Below are positions 28,110 to 42,009 of a stretch of 64,000 nt of DNA, one piece after another. This DNA is from Tubulanus polymorphus (taxonomy: Eukaryota > Animalia > Nemertea), in the NCBI RefSeq assembly GCF_964204645.1, contig NC_134035.1, positions 1,736,001-1,800,000 on the forward strand, given 5' to 3'. A program made the position numbers and the translations under genes. Position 1 is the first letter of the stretch. The number at the start of each line of letters is the position of its first letter. The notes beneath the pieces are model-generated. The model worked only from the letters and a program-made list of their open reading frames with translations, was not told the DNA's origin and ran no database searches.

Positions 28110-28584
28110 CCCTTTCAGTCCGTCTACATCGGTGTACAAAACAGAGATAGACTTTGCTAGTACATCGCACTGTGGTGCATTGATGTTATTAGTAATTAGT
28201 CAATATGTGTCTTGCAAGATAGTAGCACCTGTCAAACATGAAATATAAGTTACGAACGATACACTGCACTGTGGTGCATTGATGTTATTAGTAATTAGTC
28301 AATATGTCTTGACAGATGGCAGCACCTGTCAAACATGAAATATAAGTTACTAACGATACACCGCACTGTGGTGCATTGATGTTATTAGTAATTAGTCAAT
28401 ATGTCTTGACAGATGGCAGCACCTGTCAAACATGAAATAAAAGTTACTAACGATACACCGCACCGTGGTGTAGACACACTAAAGTGGTATTCCTGTTATT
28501 CAACATACTGGGATGGAATTCTTTCAAAATTTTCAAATTATCTGCACAGCGCTTAAAGGTATTGATTAGTCAGCACTGAAATGG
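28110..28584 (+). mobile_element. piggyBac-type MITE copy with internal ~98-bp triplication
   Basis: TTAA-CCCTTTCAGT...ACTGAAATGG-TTAA; same family as 38746-39026. Confidence 0.8.
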
Positions 28585-29779
28585 TTAATGAATACGTGAA
28601 AGAATGGACTAATATTGCTTAGTCAATTATCTACCCAATGAAGCCACTGTGCACTATTAGTGATTAGTTAACGTAACATGATACTAGCTGTTTTTATTGT
28701 TTTTCGATAATGTAATCTTCAAAGACATTGTTTAGTGATTGCTAAATTTTCTATTTTCGATTGTTTGTAATGAATTAAGAAACTAAAGAAATTAAGCCGC
28801 TGTCAGTAGGGATTAATATTGTGTAATACAAATCGCACTTATCCGAATTTCTCGTTTTATGACGACTAGTTTCTAATCCTTAAGTAGTTTCCGGACTAAT
28901 TTAAAGTTTATGATGGGTTTGGGTTTAACATGCCGGATTAGATATGATGATTGTCTCGACTTGTCTGTAGCTACGGATGATTTTGCAGATTATGAAATAG
29001 TTCAGAACTGCGATGAACCAGCTGGGAAAAAGTTCATCGGCATTTTTATGTTTACTTTCCGGACAAATAGTGATTAGCGCTAACTGAAGAGGTCTATCAG
29101 TGGTTCTTTTCGACATCCCGTATTGAAAGTTAATATAATGAAAGGACCGATCCTCGAAATCTTGCAAATGACCATGTTATATTTTGTTGTGATGTATGGC
29201 AAGTCTCCCATACTGTCAGGTATAACTAGCTATCCATACTCCGTGTTGATAATCTTTAACAGGGTGGCCACTTACTTGGAAGTCAGGTAGATTTGTTGAG
29301 ATTACTAGATTGCGCGTAAAATCAACTAGTTTCCATCTATGTCTTTTGTATTTGACTGCGTTAATTGATTGAATTTTTAGCAGATCAGTGCGGGAAAACA
29401 ACTTACATGTCAGGGAATAGTTAGGGAAGAGTTGAAGTAATACATACCTCAACTATGCTGTTATTCTTTCATTTTTTTTCATACACGAAATAAGATATTC
29501 TCTCAAAATCAACATATCAGCATCGCATAGAGCAACTGCTACAAATTGTTGTCCGAGATAACAATGTTACCATGGTTATCAAGCACAATAAATCCTCTGC
29601 AATGTAGAGATTGTTAAAGCTGTTAAGCCGATTTTTGCTCGTTGGCTTCTGAGATGAAATTGGTCCAGACTATATTCGGACGATTAACTGGACACTCCGT
29701 GACCAGAGCTGTTGCTGTCAACTTCATTTCATTTGATCTGATCTGAAGGGAGTCACAATTAAGGGCCTTGCCTGAAAAA

Positions 29780-30535
29780 ATGTCAAAATTACTCATGATA
29801 CAAACTACTGCAATATAAAAGTTGAAACAATATCAAAATTACTTGCAGTACAGATTTCTGCAATATAGAAATTGAAGCAATGTCAAAATGACTCGTAGTA
29901 CAAACTACTGCAATATAGAAATTGAAACAATGTCAAAATGACTCGTAGTACAGACTACTGCAATATAGAAATTGAAACAATGTCAAAATGACTCGTAGTA
30001 CTGACTACCGCAATATAGAAATTGAAACAATTTCAAAATGACTCGTAGTACTGACTACTGCAATATAGAAATTGAAACAATGTCAAAATGACTCGTAGTA
30101 CAGACTACTGCAATATAGAAATTGAAGCAATGTCAAAATGACTCATAGTACAAACTACTGCAATATAGAAATTGAAACAATGTCAAAATGACTCGTAGTA
30201 CAGACTACTGCAATATAGAAATTGAAACAATGTCAAAATGACTCATAGTACAAACTACTGCAATATAGAAATTGAAACAATTTCAAAATGACTCGTAGTA
30301 CTGACTACTGCAATATAGAAATTGAAGCAATGTCAAAATGACTCGTAGTACTGACTACTGCAATATAGAAATTGAAACAATTTCAAAATGACTCGTAGTA
30401 CTGACAACTGCAATATAGAAATTGAAACAATTTCAAAATGACTCGTAGTACTGACTACTGCAATATAGAAATTGAAACAATGTCAAAATGACTCGTAGTA
30501 CAGACTACTGCAATATAGAAATTTCTAACAATGTC
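29780..30535. repeat. 50-bp minisatellite, ~15 copies
   Basis: unit tgtcaaaatgactcgtagtacagactactgcaatatagaaattgaaacaa. Confidence 0.95.
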
Positions 30536-33269
30536 GAATGAACACCGATTAAACTGATAGCGTGCAGATACGCGATTTGTAGCGATCTGTCCAACCTCAT
30601 CTGTCAGACAAATAACTATTGACGATATTCGAAATAAAACCATCTACGTATACGACAATCAAACGAAGGCTCGGTCTCAATAAATCATGTTTATTATGTT
30701 TCGCGGCAGAAACATTTCCATTTTTGATTTCTGAATTGCTGTTTATCAATCATAGCCGATGGGAATGCAGTAAGGTCTATCAACCGACAGAGATTGCCTG
30801 GAAGTAGATGAATTCGTGAACATATCGTTGTCAACTAAGGTAAACGTTGTAGACTCAGATTGCCGGGAAATATCGCGTGCCTCGGACAAAATGTTGTGGT
30901 TTTCCTAGTTCATCTGATTACGTCCCATACTTCGCTCTGACTAACCTGTAATTCACTTGCCACGGAAAAGCATCTCTCAGTCCCGACAGGAGAGGACCAA
31001 TATGTCATAGGTTTTTATTCTATTCTATGTTTTATAGTTTGATGGTTTTGATTGGTAGCTTGATAATACTGTGCTGCACCCTAGTGCCACTATGAGTATA
31101 CTCAAAGGTTGGCATTGGAGCTGTTACAAAGTCAGCCTTCGTTTGAAATTGACCAATGAGCATTGAGAATGAAGCTGAATTCACATTGCCAGCCAATCAG
31201 AAACCCTGTCATTCCCTAAATATGAAACTGGTAATTGGAAGAATCAGTGTGAAATTTGTCAGTTATAACCATGGTTTCTCATTGTTACTATGGTGGTTTT
31301 CACCCAGATTGAGTATTTACCCCTAGGGATAACTTTGATACCGGACCAGGACGACTGGTCCCATATGCATCAAATCCTTTTTTCGATAGGCCTTAATCCT
31401 ATTACCCCAGCGCACGACCGCCCCAGCCATCCCGCCCCAACACAAGACCATCCCAGCCAACGCGAGACCGTCTTGATATTGTCTTTCGTCAAACGATATC
31501 GATAAAGTAGATGATTTGAATTGATCGTGATGGATACGTTCTCGTATCGCGGAATGAAGGCTGCAATTCATCAGCGCGAAAAAAACCCGCGAGATCAGTC
31601 GGAGAGATGACTTTATGGAAGCAATCGGCTGTCATACCCGACAATATCGATCATCATACACACAACCGATCTCATCAAACGCAGCATAATTATTGAAACG
31701 GTCTATATGAAAAATTGCCGTCTGCCGATAATGATATTAATCTTAATGGAGGGCATACACAGTCGCCCATTCACCGAAACTAAACCGACCTAACGGACCG
31801 ACCTACTGCCTTATTATCTCGTCTCCGTCATCCTCTCTCTCCATCGATCGGCGGTGGGTGGTTAATCACCGGCGATGGCTATTTATAATCATCACTGGCC
31901 CGCTTGGATTGACGAAAAAAATATCCAATTAACCCGGCCATGAATGATTGATGTCGGTGGCTCGTCTCTCCCGTACGTCGCCATGTCGCCCGCTCCCGTA
32001 TGTCACCACGCCACGCCGCCCGGGTTCAACCCGATCACGATCATTCAGCAATCAAAAGTTCAAACTATTAGCCCGGTTTCAACGGTCTAAAAGGACCGAG
32101 CGAGTTCACACAAGTCTGTTCTGAATTGTTGAGTTTTGCTTTAAAATGAACCAATTGGGTACCAGTAATAATACTGTGGCAGGAGAGTTTTCAACTAGGT
32201 GTCAACTTTTCTGATTAGTAAATCAATTCTCAGTGACATCTATACCATGATACACTGAGTGACAAAGGGAATCCTAAATCTATATCTATTCAATTATGTC
32301 CCCGCTGTGGAAGGTTTTTGAGAAAAGGGAGGAGGGAGGAAAGTATCCTACTATATCTAAACAACTAATCAGTGCTGCCCAGCAAGCATCCGAAGGAGAA
32401 CTTCCTAACATTTCTGGAAGTAAAAAATGATATCCCGTCAACCATAAACCATTTGGATTGTATAGCTTTGGTTTAGGATCGATGGGCAGAATTTTGGTCC
32501 ACCAAGTCGGACAAACAGTTATAGCCCAACGCACACGCCGAGGTAAAAACGTTTTATTACCACGTGTTATGCCATGTGCAATTCTCATCACATCGTTTGC
32601 AAGCAGCGAAACGTTTTTTTTTTTTTTTAGAAAACATACGGCTTTAGTGGCCGATGCTCCATTTCAGCCGTAAATGAATCGTTAGCAACGCTTTCTGGTC
32701 GAAAATTAAACACATTATTTCGCTATAAATTCGCTAAAATGATCGATAGTTTTGTATATGATATTTGTACAAGGGATTTCGTCTTATCGATGTTTATTTT
32801 TTTTCGTATCTCGGCGGTTATCGACGCGTTAAAAAGCGACGCCTAGCATCGCCGACCGCCGTGAGAGAGAGGGAGAGAGAGAGAGAGAGAGGGAGAGAGG
32901 GAGAAAGAAACGTGTATAACGTTGTTAGTATGTGCAGCTGATATTGCGAGATTTCTTTCCCATATCAATATTTCACCGAGCTATTTATTATACGATGCTA
33001 TTAGTGTTGTTCAGATTGTCACCCGCGATTGGTTTACAAATCGTATTACAGCGCGGCCCATCTGTCGGTGTGACAAGAATATCTGACAAATTTGTACGCT
33101 GTTTTTTTTTGTTGGCGTTTCATGGTCGGTGATGATGTGTCGGATACTGGTAAAACTGAAAACTGATCATAGTTTGGCTCATGAAGCCGCACTAGGATTT
33201 TCGTGACTTGCTAGATATGATCTCCCATCAGTTGCTTCCTCGCTTATGTCACAAAGACGCTTTGCACCT

Positions 33270-33640
33270 ACTGGCTAGATCTAATGAAGACTGGATTAGG
33301 TCACACATTGCTTTGTACTGATTGGCCAGATTTCGTAATGACTAAATGAGGTCACAAATCCTAACTAAATAGTTAACATCTATTGGCTGAATCTCATGTG
33401 GACTGAATGAGGTCATACAATTGCTTTTTACTGATTGGCTGAATCTCATGAATACTGAATGAGGTCATACAATGGCTTTGTACTGATTGGCTGAATCTCA
33501 TGTGGACTGAATGAGGTCATACAAATTGTATTGTAACAATAGATTTTTACTGATGAACCAGTTTGACCTGTACAAAATCGTCTCAATATAGATTTTTACT
33601 GATGAACCAGTTTGACCTGTACAAAATCGTCTCAATATGA
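33270..33640. repeat. ~52-bp diverged tandem repeat (~5 copies) followed by a 50-bp exact duplication
   Basis: tgattggctgaatctcatgtggactgaatgaggtcatac; then atagatttttactgatgaaccagtttgacctgtacaaaatcgtctcaat x2. Confidence 0.85.
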
Positions 33641-34138
33641 ACGTGGCTATATTGTCATAATAAAGCAACGACTTGACTAGTTAATTGACTTGACTTGTAA
33701 ATCGTAAACAGAGTCTTTTGTATATATCGGTGTATATCAGGAGTACATGATAGTACATTATACTAATGAAGCCATTATTGTCGATACAATTAGTGTAAAA
33801 TTAAAGAGCGTTTTCGTGATATCAATTATTAATCGCTATTTCATACGGAACGATTGCGACGACTCAAGTGGAGAGCGTTGTATCTAGTCGGATTGTAGGC
33901 AACTAATTGCCTGCAGCTAGTATTCTATTCAACCTCGTCTGTTTTGTCGTCGTCGTAGTAATATCATATGCGACGTCACGTTTAAGTCTATACGGTAATT
34001 CGATTGACAATACGCGGTGATTAGATGAATACTAATCGTCATCGCGCAGTAAGTTGTGTTCCGCGGCTGATTAAACTCGGATGTTTTCGCCAAAAACGTA
34101 TTTTTTTAATCATCTTTTTAATCTTTCCACGGTTTGAA

Positions 34139-34433
34139 CCCTTTCATCAGCGCCGACTAATTCATACCAAAAAGTGAACGAGATAATTTGAAGATTTTAA
34201 AGAATACCAGCCCAGTGTGTCCAATAATGGGCATACCGCTTTGGTGCGTCTACACCGCACTGCGGTGTATCGTTAAATAATGCACTTGGTTTGACAAAAG
34301 GTGCTGCCCTTTAGGTGCTGCCATTTTTCATGAGAGATAAGAAACTTATTACCATCAATACACTGCAATGCGGTGTACTTGCGAAGTCAAAGACTGATGA
34401 GTACATCGCACAGTTGTGTAGATACTGAAAGGG
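34139..34433 (-). mobile_element. piggyBac-type MITE copy, reverse, diverged
   Basis: CCCTTTCA...ACTGAAAGGG ends; internal gcgtctacaccgcactgcggtgtatcgtt. Confidence 0.7.
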
Positions 34434-34899
34434 TTAGTAGGACTGATTTGTGGATGGGCAGAAACTGTTATTGTAGTATTCTTGAAGATGACTATTAGGA
34501 TATATAGCTTTGATTTCACGCCCGCCTCAGAATTCAATTTCGATCGTCGTTGCGAAATTTTTTTCAATTCATTTTCATCGTCGCATGTCAATTAACATGA
34601 ATAAATAAATCGCCGAACGACTAGACCTGATGTTAATACGCGTGCATCCATTGAGCGCAAACATTTCATGCGCGTATATTAATATTTGCGCGTTCACGTC
34701 AACGCTGCTCTCAAAAACCGATATCATTTACTGCTTCAAGCGTGTATAGGAGACGTATTGGTGATTCCGATGATTTTTTTACGTTGCGGAATGAAGTCGC
34801 ACTCGTTGTCCGATATCGATATATGATCATCGGCTATCAAACTGTCTTGAACTTTCATCTACGTATCATCAAACTTCAGTGCATCATCGATGTTATCAG

Positions 34900-35460
34900 T
34901 TGAGATTAGGTGGATATATTGATGTAACTTGTAAAGTCTTGGTGGATATGTTGATGTCAGTGGATGTATCAATGTAAACTGATACTAGGTGGATATATTG
35001 ATGTAATTTTTAAAGACTTCGTCGATGTATTGATGTCAGTGGATGTATCAATATAAACTGAGGTGGATATATTGGTGTAACTTGTAGAGACAATTTAACG
35101 ACGCTAGATATGTCGATGTAGCTAGATGTAATCCGTTGAGACTAGGTGAATATATCGATATAACTTGTAAAAACTTAATGGATATATTGATGTCAGTGGA
35201 TGTACCAATATAAACCGAGTTGGATATATTGGTGTAACTTGTAGAGACATTTTAATGACGCTAGGTGGATATGTCGATGTATCTGGATAGATGAATGTAA
35301 TCCATTGAGACTAGGTAGATGAATTGATGTAACTTATAAAGACTTTGTGGATATTTCAATTTCAATATCGGTGGACTATATGGATATGTCAGTGTGTAGG
35401 TAGTTATTTTGATGAAGCTGGATATCGAGACTAGGTCGTTGATATATCGATGTCATCTAT
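34900..35460. repeat. Old, diverged tandem repeat (ggatatattgatgtaacttgt units)
   Basis: Recurring gtggatat..tgatgt motif with a higher-order duplication. Confidence 0.75.
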
Positions 35461-36184
35461 GGAGACTTTATATGAACATATAAATATCACACGAGTTTCA
35501 TCGAAGGGACATCTATAAATGGAACCGAATATCCGTTATAGATGTATTGATTGAAAAGCGCCGGCGGAAAATATATCCGACCGCACCCAACTACTCGGTC
35601 GTCGTCGCATCGATATCAATTCACCGGTCGAATCGTGATCGTCAGTGGCGTCGACAGCTACGATGGATGCAGTCGATGGTAACAGTAATAACGTGCGACT
35701 GGTGGAATTCCGCGCGCTCGACGAAAGCGCAGCGTCCGGCTATAAACGCACGCGCAAGATTAAATTCTACGACCCAGGTGATGCTTGTTTTTGTACAGCT
35801 GTTTTCATTCCGTGAATGTAATTTGTAGACGTAATGTTTTTTTTCGCACACGTATTGGATAGCTCCTAGAATGTCCAAATAGGAGCCATCCCTATCTGGA
35901 GTTGAGAATCCCGTATGTGTCCGTCACTGGGACTGTTGATTCGATTCCGGTTTAATTGTATTTTGGTATCGTCAGAAGCTTGATGATGCTGCAGGACAGC
36001 AAGCTCAGGACCCGGTGGCACAGTCAACACTTAAGCTCAAATGTGGTCGTGTGAGACCAACATGAGCAGTTGCTCCAAAGTTGGTTAGAATTAATCGCGT
36101 TGCATGGTACCCATCGTGTTCGTCCACATCCAGTTCCTCACTCGAATCAAGCGTAACGATTAAGAGAAGTAACAGTGAAATTAC

Positions 36185-36261
36185 GCACCCACACCGGGGA
36201 TCGAACCCGGGTCCCGTACGTATAGAAGGCAAGCGCGCTAGACCAGTAGAACTAATTGGCC
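36185..36261 (-). mobile_element. tRNA-derived SINE head / tRNA pseudogene
   Basis: Minus strand: A-box-like TAGTTCTACTGG and T-arm CCGGG-TTCGATC-CCCGG (B box); acceptor and anticodon arms do not pair properly. Confidence 0.65.
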
Positions 36262-36869
36262 AGTGGTTATACAGCTTGTCCTAGATGCGTAACGCAACTT
36301 TTCGGCAACTGGCCACAGTCTTATTTTGTTCGATAGGTCATACTATGAACCAAACCTGGTCTCAATTCTAAGCCTTCACTATACAGCCGATGAGAATAGA
36401 ACAAAAACCCATAATTAATAGAATTGTTCTATGAGTTTGGCGTTTTGTATCGAATGCTATGAGCCGTGAAAATTTATTTTGAAAATAATACGAATATCGA
36501 AACGTCTCAAACTACACTATTATGGTTTCTCTTAATCTGTGTTTGAAGATACGAATCCCCTGAGATTTTGCTACGTGTCGCTGGACAGCGGTATTGTGTT
36601 TAATAATCGTATTGTGACATTTATAGTCACTCTTGTATCCGTTTCCAATATTGTTCTTATTCGTAAAATCTATTTTCCCCATCGATTCGAATGTATTTTT
36701 AGCTATGTTTTTATTGTTAATCGATTTATGCGAGATAAAACCAGAAATAAATAGCTGTAGGCGTTTAGTAAGTTATTTTGCCTTTCAGTGTTAGAAATAC
36801 ACAAACAACCCTGTCATTGTTATTGGGCGTGAGACACCACGTATGATGAAAATCACAGCAATAACCACA

Positions 36870-37230
36870 CTGTTCTAAGAGTGACCCGTAAGATCATCTG
36901 GTATTCAGACTCTTCTAGGAGTAACCCATTAGATCATCTGGTATTCACGCCGTTCTAGTGGTAACCTGTAAGATCAGCTGGTATTCAAACCGTTCTAGGG
37001 GTAACCCGTAAGATCAGCTGGTATTCACGCCGTTCTAGTGGTAACCTGTAAGATCAGCTGGTATTCAAACCGTTCTAGGGGTAACCCGTAAGATCAGCTG
37101 GTATTCATACTGTTCTAGGGGTAACCCGTAAGATCAGCTGGTATTCACGCCGTTCTAGGGGTAACTCGTAAGATCAGCTGGTATTCACACTGTTCTAGGG
37201 GTAACCCGTAAAATTGGCTGGTATTCAGGC
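36870..37230. repeat. 40-bp minisatellite, ~9 copies
   Basis: unit gttctaggggtaacccgtaagatcagctggtattcacgcc. Confidence 0.93.
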
Positions 37231-38450
37231 TGCAGAGTTCATAATTGGCTCAAGCATCATATCATATCTTTCTATTGTGAAGTGTTGGAGACTGATAATT
37301 GACCACTGATACTTACGTCGTACTCGGTGACTGTGAGAATATAAACAGCAGTTGTAGATGATGATACTAACAATCGATCGTGACCCGATAATAAGGCTGC
37401 ATTTCGCTTGAAAATGAACATCGATTTACGGATTTGAAGTAGTTAGTAGAAGTGACAATGTTGTCGGCGCTATATCGCGGTGACATTGTTTACCGCTAAT
37501 TGATTTGCGCTACTCGATTGTGAAGATATATTTGAATTCTCTTATTGATTTCTCTATTTGTCCAATAAATTAGCATTATACATTCGTATACTCGACTTTA
37601 CTTGAAAATGAATTTCTGTAACCATTTTCCCTTTTGCCTGTCCATTTTCCTAAAAAAATAGCCGTAACTCGAAATAGCCATGTATAATGTCTGCTTGTCG
37701 CGCTTCTGTATCACTGAATTGCAATTGTTACTGTAGGATTCTAGAAGGTGTATCAAATTTCTGGGGTAGAATGACCCCTTGAAATCATGAAAGATTTCAA
37801 CTCGAAAACTCGCGACTTTTTCAGTCCAGTTTTTAAGGCTTGAAATTTGAAATGTGAACACGCCCTGCAGTTGCGTTCTGCGTCAGAGAGCGATTCGACT
37901 CGAAAAAAAAGAAAGTAGAAGTTTTACCGATATTTATAGAGTTGAATAGACTCTATTGGAACTAAATTTATCGAAAAATACCGTCTGCCGTAATTGCATT
38001 GTCTGGCTGACGTGTGTGTTTTAACCTGTTACCATAGTAATGTGTTGGATGTCTATAATTATGATGCAGACGTGTTACTCGAAATCGTATTCCGTTTGTT
38101 TCTAATTCGTGCCGTATTTCCGGCAAAAAACGATTTGTTTTCCTTCGTAAAACGAAATGACTTTCCATTTGTGATCGCTCGCGCTATTTTTCCGGCAAAA
38201 ATCACTTGTTTTTCCCCATAAAATGACGGAATTATGAAAACGATGAAAACGCTTCGTAGGCTGGTCATCAATAATACCCGACAAAACAAGTTTTATCTCT
38301 TTGTGTTGATTTGTTTTAGCTTATTACGCAGTCAAACTTGTAGAAGTTGTCATCGGATAAGTAATCATTACCACGTCAATTATTGACGCTAATTAAGTAT
38401 TACCTATTCAGCTAGGTGTAAGTTATCTTATGGATGCAGGGCGTCACATA

Positions 38451-38638
38451 AGCCGCGATCACACGAGCATTTTTGGCATGGGCCAAATTTTAGCACGGTA
38501 CAAATGATATGATTATCAAGTGGTTTACGTGCGATCGTGCGCGCTCTAATCAGGCACGGGCCAAATTTCAGCCTCAAGACTCGAGCCTGATCCGCGCCAA
38601 TTTGACCTGGGCCGTATCATCTCCGTGTGATCTCGGCT
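38451..38638. mobile_element. MITE with AGCCGCGATCACACG TIRs; related pieces at ~39463-39768, ~9680-9770, ~14900-14972, ~60935-61040
   Basis: Terminal inverted repeats AGCCGCGATCACACG / CGTGTGATCTCGGCT; shared core ccaaattttagcac...gtgaattgcaact. Confidence 0.65.
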
Positions 38639-38745
38639 ATATTTGCTTCAGAATGTGCTTAAGTTGTCAGCTTAGAATTCCGATTGTAAAAACTTATCTA
38701 TATCGGTCAAAGTATTCAAGAAATAAACGAGAAAATTAGATTTAA

Positions 38746-39026
38746 CCCTTTCAGTGCGTCTACACCGCAGTGTGGTGTATGGATCGGTGATGGATTTTGC
38801 TAGTACACCGCACAGCGGTGTATTGATATAATTAGTAATCAGTTATCTCTATTGAAAGATAGCAGTACCTGTCAGAGTGAAATATTAGTAACTAACGATA
38901 CACCGCACCGCAGTGTAGGCGCACTATAGTGGTATTCCCGTTATTCAACACACAAGGGTGGATTTTTTCAAAATTTTCAAATTATCTCCAGCACTATAGG
39001 GTACTAATTAGTCAGCACCGAAAGGG
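38746..39026 (+). mobile_element. piggyBac-type MITE (281 bp), full copy
   Basis: TTAA on both sides (38742-45, 39027-30); TIR CCCTTTCAGTGC...GCACCGAAAGGG; internal TACACCGCAGTGTGGTGTA hairpins. Confidence 0.85.
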
Positions 39027-40059
39027 TTAAAGCTGTATAAATATATAATGGTTTTACTCAGCATTTCAGTCCTCGTGGGGGTGTCCTCGAAACTGTTTAC
39101 TAATTTATTCATGTTGGCGTGTACACGATATCACTATCATTAATATCAATATTTCGATGGTAAAAATTCTCTCATTTCGACCGTTTGTAAGTCTGATGAG
39201 AAGTCGGTGGCTGGATTGTTGATCAGTCCATCGGGAGTGATTTAATCTGTAAACCATTAGTAACTGTATGATAGTCGCGCACGCGAGGGTAAGCTAGTTG
39301 TATGCTATTAGCTGTCTGCCGACGTGCATCTGCGTCCAGCTAAAAACTAACCGATCTCATATTTAGGGTATTCTATATGCTATTATCGCAGAAAACCATG
39401 TTATTCCCGAGGGCCTGTGTGCACATTCTCGACTTAGGTACAAAAGTGATCTTATATATACTAGCCGCAATCATACAAGCATTCAAATAGTCAAATTCGG
39501 CCAGTAACAGTTCACACAAGTACCAAATGGACTCGTGCCTGTTTGACATAGGCCAAATTTGGCTTGACTAAAAATCATAGACAAGGTCCTAGCCTAATTT
39601 CAGCACAGGTCAAATTATGACGTGTGAATTATAACTGTGATTCACTTTGCTATGGATTGTTCATGTTCAGTATATGTGTGAACACGCTCTCTAATTAGGC
39701 ACAGGCAAATTTGACTCTGATCCGTGCCAATTTAGCTCTGACTAAATCATCTAAGTGTGATCGTGGGTTTTAAGACCGGGTGTTATACGATATTACCATA
39801 CCATATACGGCTACGACGCCCGGCGAAAAACATCCTGAGGTACCAAAAATGGAAACCGGCCTCTCGGGTTGGTCTGGTCTGTGCCAAATCATCTGTGTGG
39901 TCGTCTCTATCAAGACCGGTCTTAGGCCGTTTGATTGGACCCCGAGATGGTCTTAAATCTATGCCAAGACTGCGCTACGTAATTTAAAGTGGAATTGAAC
40001 TTGTTGACATCTGAATTTGCTATTTAGATACAGTATCTATATGCACATAGAACATTACA

Positions 40060-40109
40060 ATCCGCAGCATTAGTTTCTACAGATTCCGTCAGACTTCATC
40101 AGTGCGGAT
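40060..40109 (-). ncRNA. Degenerate hammerhead-like motif
   Basis: AUCCGCA-CUGAUGA-A...GAAAC...UGCGGAU: perfect 7-bp stem I, but the stem II/GAAA junction is disrupted. Confidence 0.4.
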
Positions 40110-40520
40110 ATCATTACAAAATATACAACAGCAGACATAGTGGTATATTATTGCGGCGTAGCGTAGAGTATTAACTCACCACCGAAATAAATTGCGTTAA
40201 ATTGCGCAGACAACAAGAACCCGATTAGATAACATCGTAGGAGCGAATATTCAATGGCGATTCAAATTCTGATCATAATGAATCTAAAAAGCAATCGTAG
40301 TAATTGAAAGCATGAAAAAATATAGCTGCAAAACGGCGATAATTTGTTTCCTGCACATGTAAGAACTGAAGGAAATTATTATAGAAATAGAAAAGAGTCA
40401 TTGCCAGGGAATGATATTATAACAGGAAAAAATACAGGGGTCAGTGTTGCTGAAAAGTTGATTACAGTAAACCAGTTGATATAATTTCGGAAGAGTATCC
40501 AGATAGTTAAATAATAATAA

Positions 40521-40782
40521 TCATTTGGCCACAAGGGTAAAGGAGCATGGAACTTCGCCTTCAGCAATTAAGGAACATTTAACATCATGTAAAAATTGTG
40601 CATCAAATTTTTCTTTAAAAAACAACTTTTCAATCGTTGATTCTGAAAAAAAAGGCTTTGAAATCACCATCAAAGAGGCATTATATATAAAATCCAAAAA
40701 ACCAAGTATTAACAAACAACTTTCTACACATGGTGTCTCATTTTTACTAAACCAGTTGATAATGGTGACATCCTACTTTTGA
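40521..40782 (+). mobile_element. Penelope-like retroelement fragment (C-terminal half of GIY-YIG endonuclease)
   Basis: HLATRVKEHGTSPSAIKEHL...FSIVD...ITIKEALYIKSKKPSINKQL matches the pattern L..R..EH...SA...H...F.I....I.EA..I....P..N; 5'-truncated, no RT domain visible. Confidence 0.8.
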
Positions 40783-41242
40783 GCAACAGGACGCTGAATG
40801 TCACTGCAACGGATGCCCTGATTTGGATATTCTGGGAGCCATCCTGTTTCTTTGACTGATAAATGAATGAAAGGTCGATGCAACACTCATGACAGTGCTT
40901 TATTTCTGGACGGCGGTTTTTTTTTCTAGTGAATGATGAGTTTTTAAAATAGAACGGACAGTACGTACAGAAAAAGGGCCGAAACTGAAAAAAACCCCAG
41001 TGTCTGGTGAACGCATTGTCGATGATCGAGGTTGAAAGAGTTAAAAAAGAGAAACTAAGTTTCAATTTCGTGTAGTTGAATTTAGCAGTTAGCCGAGTTC
41101 ATTAGCCGTATTAACGACAGACTCCGTAATCCATCATTTACCCCTCAGGACAGAGAGTGAACGCTCGCTCACTCACTCGCATTTTGCATTTTTAGTTAAA
41201 TCGATGATGATGATGAATAAATAACGATGATGATTTTATGCA

Positions 41243-41275
<33 letters not shown>

Positions 41276-41954
41276 TATGCGAACACTTCCGAGAATTTAG
41301 AACTTTTTTTGTTAATGGTCGCGATCGTTGATTATCATCGGCCTACATTAACGTCCGCTCTGAATCTCATCGGCTTGGAGATAAACTCGCCGAGATTACC
41401 ATTTAAGTTTTACTCGGATAGCTGTTGAAACATTTCGTACAACCCTGCAATATTCAAGTAAGAAAATATCGTTCAAGATACAGGACAAATTTTCACGGTC
41501 GAAGAAGGTTCAGATTCAGAAGGTAGCGAAAGCACAACAGAGTAATATTTGTCTTTATGTCTACTGATTTGACACACCAACTATTTATACATTGTAATAA
41601 TCGAGGAACATCGTTCTCTTATCACAGTGACAGTTAGTGATATGACGACCGCGGTGCGCTGCAAGTTTGAATTTTTTACGGATTAATCATTTCAGTTATT
41701 GAGTTAGAATCAACTGCTAGCGTTACCCGGTAAAAAGCATCTTATCACCACGGGGTTTAACAGCCGTAATGGCATCGTCGTTGATCCGTCTGTCGATAAA
41801 ACGGCAGGGATCTCTATCCGTCTGTTTATCATTCAAATTCACTTAAAAATCTCTACCATTTAGCAATTCGCGTCTTAATCGAAGAATCACTATTTCAAGT
41901 TTAGGTTGGCCAGGATTGAAAAAGAATAGCGAATCTTGTTGAATATTTTTTCTT

Positions 41955-42009
41955 TAAAGCGCTCTGAGTCATTAGGAGATTTAGCTTTGGGGCTATATAA
42001 AAATAAATT

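Noticed and set aside
33549-33640. Duplicated CTGATGA-containing 50-mer as a hammerhead
   Set aside because: There is no GAAA after the putative stem II and no stem I.
36185-36261. Functional tRNA gene
   Set aside because: The T-arm and Pol III boxes are present, but the acceptor and anticodon stems do not form; treated as a SINE head or pseudogene.
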